From Phoronis australis (Eukaryota > Animalia > Phoronida), in contig NMRA01000337.1 in NCBI GenBank assembly GCA_002633005.1, positions 248,001 through 312,000 on the forward strand: DNA of 64,000 nucleotides, written 5' to 3'. This document shows, piece after piece, positions 10,997 to 24,200 of this stretch; the stretch's first letter is position 1; each line of letters starts with the position of its first letter. The notes under the pieces are model-generated. The model searched no databases and was not told the DNA's origin. It saw nothing but the letters and a program-made list of their open reading frames with translations. A program made the position numbers and the translations under genes.

Positions 10997-13650
10997 ATTC
11001 CTATATATATTTGATATGGTGATGATATTTTTGTTTAGAAATAAGCTCTTTTCTGAAGAAAAGAGTTTATTTCTATACTTTTATGGAAAGTCCTACACTG
11101 CAACCAACATGATGAGCTATCGACAGTACATTTCAAAGCTACGTGCCCATTTTTACCTATCAGAAAACCTTTATCTGCAAATTTCGGATAGATACTTGGA
11201 ATAGTTTATCGCACTTTTTGTAAATTCACTGCATTCTGAATTTTTACTGAATAATTGTATCAAACGGCACCAAAAGTCCAATTAATTATAACATATAAAT
11301 ATGTATAATTTTGGATGAATGCCTGACTAAGTTATCCACACCAAGTGTGAGGGATCCATATTCTAAAACCATTGTCTTTATGGGGTAGAAATATTTTGGA
11401 TCGTTGAAATTATTTGCTTAGTGGCTTCAATAATCATTTATATAACCTCTCTGGTTCGTTCCCTTTTTATGTCACTGTTACTCGCTGTTATTTTTCGCAT
11501 TTTGGCAACACTCTTGGTTTTTAGAATAAAAAATACTTTAAGCCAGTCACGTATGCGAAATCGGGTACTCGTGAATTAAATTATTCATTTTTTGTTTTTA
11601 CTATAATCATCAAGAACTGGCAAAAAGATTTCTAATGAAATGCCTCTTATACAATTCGGTTGGAAAATGACGGAGTTGCGAAAAGTTTTAACGACAGTAA
11701 ATTCCATAGCAAGTATACACACCGGAACAAACGAATGCAAACAACTCTCACGCATGAGCGACGCAACCTCAGAGGCCTCGAGATCGGAGTTGGCATTCCA
11801 AGGCTAGAATTCTATGAATTTTTTCCTTCGCCAAAAACGTCTTCATCCTTTGTCCAAAATAAATGTTCTTTTAAAGAAGCTTCTTGTCTCGCAACCGCAG
11901 AAAATTTGTAAAATGATGAATTTTGCGAAAAGATATCAGAAGAATACCGTGGCTAATTAACTGATCAACTCAGCTGTTTAGGCCTGTGTACAGTGGAATA
12001 TTGATGTTTCCCACTAATAGCTACCTAGTAAGCCTAATTTCGATAAATATTAAATCACAAACCATGATCGTTACGTAATACTGAGCATCTATATAAATTC
12101 TTAATCTGTGGTTGAACGATGTAGCATTCGTGACATTATAGGTTAAACACTTGCCCCCATAATCGGGGATCACTTTGTGCTGATGAAAACAAGTTTTCTG
12201 TAAGCAAAAGACGGACAGACTGTTTTTCTCGGTGTTAAGCCTAACTTACTGGGAACACAATCTTGGTTTAAGAGATCGTACGTATGGGATTTAGTTAGCT
12301 ACTTTGAAAAGCCTGTAAAACTTACCACAGGTTCCCGCTTTTGAATACTGGTTAATGAAATATCTATATAACGCATCCGTTAAAGAAAATTATCTCTTTT
12401 AAGTAATTGTGTTGTTTAGTTAGCCCATTGTTATGGTATAAGCAAGAAATAGAGTTCCTACACGCCATACGTTGGTCATGTCACGTGACCTATAGTTAAG
12501 ATCTCTGTCTTGACCGGTGTTCGAACCCGAGGACTTCTTGCTAACCCTGCAGGCGCAGAAGTACTTTTAATGAGTCAAGAAGAGTACGTTTTATAAGCTT
12601 TTGAAAATGGCCATCCAATGGTTATGAGGTAATCCTAAATGAAACCGTGGATCCCTCATGTAAGTGTGTTTAGCTTTTTTAATGTCAGGAGCATGGGTCG
12701 ACGATAAACAAAAAAACACACTTCATGAAAAGTAACTTAAGTTAACAATTTGTACAAACTTATGCTATATACGGGCTTCTCTGATGCGGGAAAGTGAAAA
12801 GAGCCCTCAAACACCGAGTTGCCACAACCACTACAAACGTAACGAGTCGCCATTCTTTATTATACTGTAAACCACTGGAATGGTCATATGTGACTGCTTT
12901 TTGCGCTAAACTCAGGGGAGGATGACTAATGCTCTGATTGGTTGTCCCGATTTTGCGAAGTATATATCGATCAAGAAATGGTCGTAGCTCGAGATCATGT
13001 TATTAACATGTCGTCAGATAGTATTTTCGGGTGTTCTAATTTGACAGCTTGCTTGCATTGTGTGCATAATTTCGACCAATGAGGTGCATGTGATAACCGC
13101 AAACTTCTAACAGTTTTTTTCACTCCACAATTTCACGGTGGTGACAAGATGATTGAGTGTATTTTAGTCGACCATGCATTTATCATTTTTTACAAAAATT
13201 GCAGAGTTTGAAATCTAAGACAAATGAGCATCCAATCTAACCGCGCCAGGATTTCATTTGAAGTCTACCCGTTGAACAGTATCTCGTGTAAATCTAGTGC
13301 ATACCTACATCTTCAAAGCATCACCCCGACCATAGAACGCCTAGGGTTCTACGCTCTGACCACAGTGAGGTTATTAACTGTTGATTGCAATGAACAGTTA
13401 AGCTTATTATCTTGCTTTTCACCGCAAGCAGCTCCAGTAACAACCGGGTAGTGTTCAGTGGCTGCCTCGCGGCTATAAAATCATATGCTCTAAAAGACAC
13501 GGCAATATCTCACGTAATCTCGCGAAGTCTTGCTTTTCTAGCGAGGGCCTAGCTTGGTCCTAGCGCTACATAACTCTTTTATGCTCACGTTTGTGTTCTA
13601 TTTCATGGAATGTGGTATTCGCTGCAGATATTTACTTCTACCGCGGTTAT

Positions 13651-13947
13651 CAGTGACAGATTTGGGGGGGGGGCAAGGGGGCCATGCCCCCCCCCCTAAA
13701 ATTGTCCCAGATGCCATTTGGCAGTTCGGGGTGCGAATTGCTGACTAGCAGATGCGCGCAGCCAGGTGGCTCGGGGGGGAGGGGCAATGCACAATGCATA
13801 GGCCTTGAACAAACCCCGTTTACCGTTTTTTAGTAGTAAACCCAAAAATTCGGGACCCTGTATCCCAACATTTTAGGCTGGTCGCGCGCATGTGGCTGGT
13901 TATTACTGTGCCCTGCCCCCTAACTCAAAATCCTGAATCCGTCCCTG
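13651..13947. mobile_element. G-run MITE (cagtg..gat ... atccg..cctg); inverted partial copy at 17360-17489
   Basis: Terminal inverted repeats; ccatttggcagttcgggg is shared in reverse orientation with 17417-17435. Confidence 0.6.
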
Positions 13948-16403
13948 GTTACGGAATGTTTAAAACCAGTGCTGGCAGTCGTTCTTAGTTTGTTGTTTTC
14001 TCGCGGTCAGACGCAATATTCCAGGTATCATTTGGTGTACCTGTGTGGTAGTAGGCTTACATAAATCACGTTTTCTTTGATTTTGGTGCACTTTGGGAAT
14101 ATCTGAATAGTCCAATACATCAAAAATAAAAAATAATTCGAGGAAGGCTTTAATTAACATAACTTTATAACAAATAGAATAGGCTAATTCTTGTGTATTA
14201 ACCACCAACCCCTTTTGCAGAATTAGGAAATGATAAGTACTCACACACACGCACGCAAACGTGCCCAATCCGTTATTTGCAATCAACGTCGCGCGCACTC
14301 TATTGAGAGAGTGACCATACTAACACGCAAGAACGCACACGCAAACACGCGCGCACGCACACCCACACGTATATCCACACGCACACCCACACGTATATCC
14401 ACACGCACACCCATATGTTAGTATAGTCCACGTATTGTTTCCATGTTCCGGGTTTCAAGAATCAGAATGAAAGTGTGGAAATAATGTTCAAAAACATGGT
14501 TCCACATTTCATATTTTCACCCGAACCAAGAACGAACTAACAATACGCGTACCAACCGGACCAAATACTTTACAGCATTGTTTCAAGCATGGACTAAAAA
14601 CTCAGCTTTATGGTAACTGGAATGTCAAGAGACATATTAACGTTCATCCCCCGCTCAATGAATGCGAACATTTTTCTGTCTATATCGCTTTTTAACCTTG
14701 TAGTACAGTGTTCTAACATAATAGAAGGTTTAAGTAATGTACTATACACATCTAATTTATTTGTTAATTATACATTTACGTGTCACACTTGATGTTGAAT
14801 ATCGTAACATCGCAGTTTGAATACGTTTGAAAATGAGCCAAACAATTCTAAGTGAATAAAATATTCTTGATATTAGTCATATGCATAAGAATATCACATT
14901 TTATCAGATCTATCTTCAGAGCATTTCAAAAGTTTAAACACATATTTTGTCATTTTTGATAATCTTTGTCACCTCATATTTTCCCCAATTCGCCCCTGAC
15001 CGCCATATTGGAATGTCTATTTTCCTGCTCTGGAAGTGAAAATTGTAATCCGGTCAATAACTTCTGGCAACATACTTCTACAACAACAGCCAATAATAGT
15101 CAATCTGCGCATATTTCTCACTAAAATAATTGTCAAAATCGTCCATTTTTCAAAGGTTGATTACCTTGCAACAAATAATCTAAACTTTACCAAATTTTGC
15201 TTTATAACATCTCCACAGCACAAACCATGACAGAGATTACCTGTAATTTTCTTAATCTTCATTCTTGTGGAGATTTTTCATAAAATAGAAGTTCACTTGA
15301 CGGCCATATTGTGTGCTGAATAAGTGAAGAGTTGTCGTGATTGCTTATTGTTGAGACAAGAAGTTATGGAAGACACGGCAGGATGATGTCCTCCGCGTCA
15401 AAATGGCATTACTTTGGGACCAATCCTAAAACATGTAGACCGCAAAACGGCCGGTAAATTATAACTTCAAATTTCAATTACATGATGTTATCCTAGTGAT
15501 TTTTGTTTATTTAAAAGTACACCAAACCCTGTTTTGTCCTATTAACAGATATAAAACGACTTTACAATCCAGTTCTCTGAAATTAAATAATCCTCGCGCA
15601 CACACACATACGTACATACATAAATACATACAAAGCCCTCACTTTTCTTCAAAAGTGGCAAAAACATGCGTGGCAATGAGAATGACACTCATTTTTATTT
15701 TTCATTATTTTTCACTTGATGACTGTTTTATGTACATGTTAAGTAGAATACAAATTCGAAAGTAGTAGGCAAAACGTTGCTACATGTATCCTAAATAAGG
15801 AAGGTGAAGTACATGACTAATCATGATTGCAATAAAGATGCATTTTAATTATTTGTTTGTCAATTAGGATTCTCCCTAAGCTTGTACAATAGACTTAGCG
15901 TCTGAGACACGTCACTAAGGTTTATGGTGCTTGTCCACGTTATAATGAATTTGATGTTTTAAAAGTATTAAAGTAAGAGGATTTCGATATCTTCTTATAA
16001 CAAAGTGTCAAGCAAATGACAACAAGAGATTTATAATTTGATCCAAGACGTAGGTGCTTTCTTGTGCTGTGAAAGCAAAGACACTAAATTATTGCTAAAT
16101 TTAGGAATCTGTGGAGCTCAGTATTAAAAGTGTCAGAGTGTTGGTGCTTATCAATGCTGTAAGTAAAGCCACCTAGCGGTGTAATAAATGATTGTCCCAG
16201 GAAACACATTATTTCGCCATGTTTTAACTCTCATGCAAATTACACACGAGACCAGAAACAAAAAAAAAAAGAAAGACGCCGCCGACCGACATGTTGTTTT
16301 TAGGGGTAACGCGACCAGTTTAATAGAAGCAGGAGGCCAGGTAACCTGAATTTCAATGCCCCGATATCCACGTCTCTACCATAGCCGAGTCCGGATGCTA
16401 TGG

Positions 16404-16535
16404 CGTAGGTGGCGCAGCACTGAAAAAAGTGGGGGCTAAAGCCCCCTCAGCCCCCCTGTGATGCATCGCCTATAGAACATGTGCGGCGTAGCACTGAAAA
16501 ATGGGGCTATAGCCCACTATGGTGCGCCGCCCATG
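16404..16535. repeat. Dimer of short palindromic MITE units; same dimer at 2586-2725
   Basis: ggcgcagcactgaaaaaa..ggggctaaagccccctcag..gtgcatcgcctataga..catgtgcg..ggtgcgccgcccatg at both loci. Confidence 0.7.
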
Positions 16536-17358
16536 TATGTAGCCACGAAACAAAGTAATCTACCACAATGTCGAGCACATGCGCTTTTGATTTTTTTATA
16601 AACAAAATGAAATCCCGCTCCAAGTCTGTGTCACGTTATAAGGGCATTTATTAGCAGTGGCTGTAGCAACGTACGTGACACGACCCTAGTGGAGCGGACT
16701 ATTAGCCAACTAAAAGGCTTTTTTTTATTTCGCCGTACTTTTGGTGTAATAATTATTAAACGTCAAGTATCTCATAAACGCCGGGTCCAGTCTTCAGAAG
16801 CTATCTGAAATTTATAAACGTCTGGGTTTCCATTAGAACCCGTTACGATGTGCGGACTTAGTGTGAATTAACACATAGACAGGTAAGTTGTAATTTGGGT
16901 CACGTGGAAGAAGGCGCTCAAAGATCAACATCGTTGTGTTGGTTATCCCCAGTCCTCTTTCAGGATCATGATTATCACTCTTGCCGTGCCACTTCCACAT
17001 TTGGAGTCACACGAAAGACGGTTTTTATCGACCGTATTGTGTTTCCAACACTACAATACGGGTCGCGCATTAATTGTACTGAACTAAGATGAAATTTTAT
17101 GCGAGACTGTCAAATTAAAATAGGGGATTTGCTATTAAAATGTTTCGGTGATCATATTGTGTTTTACTGGCAGACGATTTGGTGGATCTGATACCTCGCC
17201 GTCTAGTCCGCGTTCCTGGCGTAAGCACCGTGCACTTAGTGAACTAGAGATCGGACGCAGGAACACTAGGCGGGTTCCCAATCAATAACTTTCAAATTCT
17301 TTAACGTAAACCGGACATGAACAACGTCCGATTGCCTTATTTTTAGCTCTGACCATGG

Positions 17359-17359
17359 N
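17359..17359. other. Single N (possible assembly join)
   Basis: Ambiguous base located where a MITE copy appears truncated. Confidence 0.8.
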
Positions 17360-17929
17360 GTAGGCGGACTGGACAGCCACTCGCAGGCAGTTGCCCGTCG
17401 ACTAAGATGTTCGCATCCCCGAACTGCCAAATGGAATTTGGGAGAGTTTTTTTGGGGGCGGGCATGGCCCCCCTCTAAATCCGCCACTGATGTCAAACAT
17501 TGACGGTGAGATCACAGCCCAGGGCCTAACGCGGACCGGGTGCCGGATTGAAAAATCCCGGCGATGCTCGAAGGTGGCGGAGACTTTCACCGACCGGGAT
17601 GCGCCGCCCACAGACCCTTTTTTAAGGAAGGTTACCTTAAACTTCCGCGGCCAAGTCGCATGCGCGATGATTAATGAGTAGAGCTAAGCGTCACAAACTG
17701 GATTCGACAGCCCGTCGGGCTGAAGTGAGGCCGTGGCATTTTGATATTTCAGTTTACTCATGCAGTTCAAATTGGCGCACTATATACATAGGCTACCATT
17801 CGCCCGCTATATAATTCACTGCTAGTAATTCTTTTTAATAACATGGATTTTTAAGTTGTAACATTGATGTTGTTATTGACATTCAGTTGTTTTGAAAAAA
17901 ACCTTTGTTAGTTATAGAGTCAGCGTGAC

Positions 17930-18123
17930 CCGGCGGCTAAGGTGACAAACGAAAACAACCAATGACGATGAGATGACTCAAAGACGGAAAAGGATATTGC
18001 TGCAGCCATGCGCGTTGGTCGCTTTGTCACTGCGCACAATCTTTGTTGATTTGAAACGGGATTTCCAGGTGATCTCTCTGAAAACGATAAAATGTAACCG
18101 CTAAAATAACTGCAATACGAAAG
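17930..18123 (+). promoter_or_regulatory. Putative USP22 proximal promoter/5'UTR
   Basis: CpG-richer stretch just upstream of the ATG, with CCAAT (17959-17963) and TGACTCA (17974-17980); no transcript data. Confidence 0.4.
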
Positions 18124-18246
18124 ATGAGTCAAGATGGCTGCACCCATCTAAAATACCTGAAAGAAACGAAAGGAACCGATTCTTTTAGGATAATCCATGC
18201 TTATTTTATTGCACGAAATACTGACGAGGAGTCGCGCCGGAGAAAG
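18124..18246 (+). CDS. USP22: USP22 exon 1
   Basis: [12 protein letters not shown]...ESRRRK; donor AAG|GTAATT. Confidence 0.85.
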
Positions 18247-21200
18247 GTAATTCGACACCTAATTAGACACAAAGTAAAGTTGAAGGTTTCTTCTAGTCGT
18301 GGTAAATACTCTGTGTAGTCAAGTCTTAGGTGTGTATAATGTAAACATGTTTAAAATCATATTTGGGAAGTGTAGTAAAGATGCATTTGTCTGAATTCTA
18401 ATCAAGATGAAGACCCATCAAAACCACGATGACTGAGGGAGACGGTGCTTCCAGTGAATATGAGCCGGCATGAACGGGCAATTGGCTATTGCTACTATTG
18501 GTGTAGTTGGTAAACGGATGATATACTGGGGAAGCACTGCCAACTCAGGGGCGTACGGACTTCGGACGGTGCACAATTGGCGTGGATCCAGATTCCAGAT
18601 CATAGGGTGGTGTTGCTGAGGGCAAATTCCAGGATGCTCGGGTGTTTCTGAAGTCTGCAGCCTGGAGACACGCCTATTCCTTTAGGAAAGGAGGAATGTT
18701 TTAGATGTGCTTCAAATGAATCATGAGCCTCCGTTAGCCACTCGCTAACGGGCAATTGCCTATTAGCTGAATTGACCTATCGCCAGGATTTTGAGTAACG
18801 GCTTAATTGACCATTTAGAATGCAGCTTTATTAACACACCTTCGTTTCCAAGCCACCATTTTACCCGACAAACAACAAGTTGCTGGGCAAAACTTATTGT
18901 TTGTTAGTTGACATTACGCAGGGGGTGGAGCTTGCGATAGGTCAATGGTTATCGTGCTCGCCATTTTTATAGGGGTTGCTGGTTCAATTCCTGGGTTGGG
19001 TAGTCTGGGCTATTACTACATTGGCAATAGTCTCCCTTAGTGGTCTCTGCTTTTGACAGTCGTGGTCCGTTTTACCAAGTAAATCCTGTCTAAGCTAATG
19101 GGCAATAAAATCTGGAACTAGTATATCTGAGATCCACAGGATGAACATTAAGTCTAGTGAAATTTTCATTTAATGGTTTGTAACTCATGTGGCATTAATT
19201 AACAATATAAGTTGCTAATCATTGTTAACCTGCAGGTCATGTGGGGAAGTAGCATTGCTATTGTTTATGGATTTGGTACGATTTCATTCTCTTTGCAGGC
19301 CAAGTCATGTATTTGTCATGGTTGTCAGCAGCATGTTGCCCGTCTTCACTCTTGTCTACACTGTGTCTACTTTGGCTGTTTTACTGGTGCTAAACATATT
19401 CATGAACATGCCAGAAGAAGGCAACATGTATTAGGTAATGACGTCACGTCAGCTGTCCTCTTACAACTGGTCCACATTAGATATCCTCGTACAACTGGTC
19501 CACATCAGCTGTCCTCTTACAGCTGGTCCGCATAAGCTATCCTTTTACAACTGGTCTACATCAGATATCCTCTTACAACTGGTCCACATCTACAGAAATA
19601 AATTAAACCAGCTATGAACACGACTTCCATCACAAAAACCAACTTTTGATTCAAAGACCAATTATTGTTATGGAATAGGTTTCAAATTGTTCCTTAGACA
19701 AATAGGAGTTGAGTTCAGGGCTTTAAAATAATTGCAGTGTTTCTGCTTCAGACTAGGTTCTACAGTTGGCTTGTTTGGGTTTGTCATTTTATGGGCTGAG
19801 CATGGTTTTAAGGGATATAATGAACTGTCAGATGTTTGCTAACCCACAAATCACTTCTAATCTGAGAAAGGAGGAAGCTGGAAAGCGGAGTTTGCTCTTT
19901 GGATGGATTGTGGGTTTATAGCCAGTTTACTATCCATTGGCAGGCTTGGAACATGACAAAACATAATAGTTGACTATGTACTTGAAAAAAGGTGGGACTA
20001 TATTTTGCCCTCTCTATCAACAGTGATAAAGACTTGGTGGTTAGTCTCAATCTAAAGTTGATGTGCAAATCAAGTTTTGACATTGTCATTCCAAACATGA
20101 ATTACCTTGTCACCCAGCGCATTTAATTGAGATGTACAAAAATCAGTGGTCATGGTCAAACTAATCAACAAAGCATATTTATTCAAAGGTGAAATTGTTG
20201 GAAGGTTCTATGGTTGGTCTTAAGCTGAAAGTAGGCATTAACCTGACCTGGTATGGTAGTCTGCCTGTTTTGTCTAGGTCTGTCTACACAAAAGCTCATT
20301 TTAGTACCAACTTAGTATATGATTTGTTTGCACTGATCAGTTTTGTCTAGGTCTGTCTACACAAAAGCTCATTTTAGTACCAACTTAGTATATGATTTGT
20401 TTGCACTGATCAGTTTTGTCTAGGTCTGTCTACACAAAAGCTCATTTTAGTACCAGTTTAGTATATGATTTGTTTGCACTGATCAGTTTTGATACTAGAA
20501 CAATTAGTTGTAGCTGAAGGTGGAACTGACTTGTTTTTAATTTTATTGACTGTGTCAAGGAACAAAATTCTCACAAAATCCATGATGAATTCAAGTACCA
20601 ATTGTTCGTCATTGCATTTAGATTTCTTTTGTTGGAGTAATTTCTGGCACACTTGTTGGAATAATTGTTTCTTTTCTTTCAGCTCTGGACTTAACTTATG
20701 GAGCAGTCTATTGTTTTGCTTGTAAGGACTATGTTTATGATCATGATTTGGAGACAATTGCTCGGGCTGCCAATCCAGTTGGTAATGATTACTATTCTCT
20801 TAATCTGCTGTGTTGTGTCGGTAAAGCTGCTTATTTAAAGGGGAAGGCAAACTTTTTTCATGTCATTTTTAGTAAAAATACGATTCGTTGATTGTTCCAG
20901 AAATATGCTTCAGTAAATCATGGCTCTTCGTAATTTTATTGATTAGTCGTGCACCACTCCAGAAATGACATTTAAGGGGTTAAGACTTTCTCACCATTTC
21001 GTTTCTAGTGTCTTCAAGTTACTGTGAGAATCTGTTCTACTGATGTTTTTGTGCTGGTTCCCTAAAATTGTCGTCATCACTTCCCATCGACGAGTATTCT
21101 AGGACAAGCTAGGTTGTTAGAGAACTAAGTTATGTTGGATTTAGGAATCTTTTGGATTGTAGCAGCAGTAGGTGGATATATGTTTGAGCCCGAGTATAGT

Positions 21201-24200
21201 GAGGCAGAATACAGACAGCTGTTGAGAGGGATGAGGCAGAGACTGGGGACAGACGTGGTGGGACGTCTTGGTGCAAATGCAAAGTGTGCACTGTTATGCC
21301 AACCTCAATGGAATGTCCATGCCAAGTGTTCCCATTGGATGGTGACCTTGGCACCCAAACCGCTTACATCCAGCCATACCACACACTTGGCACCTTCTAA
21401 ATATCTCCAATACTTCAGTGAAGTCCACAATAAACTTATCAAAGTTTGGCTGACCAGCCTGACCACTAGACGACTAACTGTCCTCCCCACTGGGTGTCGA
21501 ACTTGGCCTGTGTTGACTGCCACTACTCAACATCGCTGCAGGGCTGCTTAAAGGCCCTGGGCTGGAGACAACACCAGCACAGGGCAAATCACTGTCCGAA
21601 ATTGCACGCTCAGAGGTACTTTCGGAGGCAGGGGTGGCAGTAGATGAAGTGCCTCCAGTCACTGTGAAGGCTACAGCTTGCGAGGCTACTCACTTCTCGA
21701 GATTGGCGACAGAGCACTGCCAGGAATCAACAGTGACAGTTGCCCTTCAGCTTCTTCAAGCATTGTTTTACTGGAACCTTCACCAAATCCATGTACATAT
21801 CTCTTTTATAATCCAACGGCAGAAAATGCTTGCCACACACTCGGTAACTCTCCACTGCTTTGTACATTGCATGGACGATAACGCTGCATTCTTCACATGA
21901 ATGGGCCAAGTAGGGCGGAGCGTGTCATCTTTTGGAAAGCGGTGTTGTAGCATACCCAAAGTGTGCGATACGATAATGAGCCTACCCAGTATGCAGCAAC
22001 CGTGCAGCATGTTGACTGACTCGTAAACAAACGCAAACAACAATCGAACTTATCACAACCGAGGTAAAACAATGACTGACTTGACAGGTCACATGGTCAG
22101 ACTATATGAAAACGAAATGGCGGCAAATTATTAACGCCCTAAATGTCACTTACGGAGTAAGGCACGACTAATAAATAAAATTACGGGAAGCCGTTATTAA
22201 CTGAAATAAATGTCTCGGATAATCAAAGAACTGTATTTTTTTCTAAAAATGACATGAACAAATGTTGCCTTCTCTTTTAAGATTGATTTTATGAATTAAT
22301 ACTAAACATGTTTTTGAAAAAACATGATTTAGGGTGTGTGAAGTCTGCTCAAATAAGTTAACGTTTCATGAACAGCATAAAGCTGGTTGAGGCTTTATAT
22401 CTGTGTGTTTGCATGTGTGCATGCATGCGTGCATATGCATCTGTGCACGTATGTGGGTGTGTTTGTGTGTATTCTCATGTATGTGTACCCGTGATGATTC
22501 ACAATTTAGTAATTGCCAGTGAAATAAGGGATTTCTTGTTTTTTTATTTCTTTAATTTCTCATCTACACTTGACAATCGTAGTTTGATTATGTATATTAA
22601 AACTTTACAGCTTCAATTGACCAGATGAGTCCCTGGGAACCAACTAATCCACAGGAGGTACATTTATTACAACAAAATCCAAAAAGAAGGAAAGTTTCTG
22701 GAAACTCCACCATAGGTAAGATTGTTGATGTGACTGTGGAAGCTGTTGTGCTAATGGGGTAGGAACGGAAGTGTAAACATTACTCACAGTGGTGTTAATG
22801 GGGTGGGAATAAAGTGTAAACATTACAGTGCAGTTATGGTAATGGGGTAGGAATAAAGTTTAAACATTACTTGCAGTGCAGTTATGGTAATGGGGTAGGA
22901 ATAAAGTTTAAACATTACTCACAGCTAAAATCAAAGAGTACTGTAGAAAGTCTTTCTATGACGACCTGCCATTGTCTTCACTCTGTTCATTGACACTAGG
23001 CTTTATCGTAACCTTTCATTTTAGCTTTTAGTATGCTGCCTTCAAAACTTCATTCTTAAGATTTTAGTTTGTTTAAACTTTTCAATGCATCAGCAAATTA
23101 ATTTTCTATTTAGTTTGTGTAAGCAGTGTTATACCTATGTAAAATAAGTGTTCAGTTGTTATTTTTGTGTGTTTCCTCCCAGCTTCAGCTTCACTTGAAA
23201 CAACATAAACATTAAAATTTGTCACATTTCAGGTCTAAGGGGATTGATAAACCTTGGCAATACGTGCTTCATGAACTGTATAGTGCAAGCACTGACTCAC
23301 ACTCCTATTCTGAGAGACTACTTCATGGCTGACAAGCACAACTGTAAAATGTTGAATGAATCCCAACAGTGTCTAGTGTGTGAAATGGGAAGACTCTTCC
23401 AGGAAGTATGTCACTTCAGCCAACTGATGGCGTTAGTAGTCTCGTGTAAAGCACCAGTGTGACGTCATGTACACCATGCCCAGTTTATTTTTCTGAGTTT
23501 CAGCTCCTTTAAAAAATTTGGATCATTTTTGCAATTGCTATATTTCATATTGGACCCAACTTTTAGAGGCATGTTGTATTGTGAGAACAAGTGCCATACA
23601 ATAACATGATTCCTTTTTTAACAGTTTACAAAAGTTATCTGCCTTAGCCTGGTTGCAAAAGTTACAAGCAGGATAACAAAACTGACATAATATGATGCGT
23701 TGTGATGCTGTTGTGCAACAACATTTCATTGCCATGCAACAACCAACTGTGCCCAGTGCTGGGTTGAATCAAACTCCAAACGTATTGACTGTTTAAGTTG
23801 ATCATTGCATGACAGTAAAACATTGCACTACAAGGATGGTGTGAGCAGGGACAGGGTGATGATAATGTTGTCATCAACAAGTAACTTAACACCAACTGGG
23901 ACCTGATAGGAACTCCTTTGCAATAAATCTAGAAGACATTCCTCTTCCTTTTGGTAGACAGGACAAAATTAATAAAATAACAAAAATTTCTCAATATTCA
24001 ATAACTTGGTATTATACTGTGGCTGGGTTGCATAAAACTTGTCTGGATAAGTTGGATTATTATCTGATGCCAAAAAGTTGTGTGATGATGCGATGTCATT
24101 GTTGCTATCCAGCGTATATCTTGGCATACTATCTACTTGAAAATTGACCAATAGGATGGCACACTGTTTGTAAATGTTTATATTTGTACTCATATTATGC

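Noticed and set aside
11660-17700. Short ORFs upstream of USP22 as a divergent gene
   Set aside because: No recognisable domains or consistent exon chain; the region is MITE/SINE debris and contains an N at 17359.
18420-18550. U3 snoRNA resemblance (aaaaccacga..gagccggc..gatgat)
   Set aside because: No 5' boxes A'/A and no properly placed D box or terminal stem; kept only as an unassigned structured segment.
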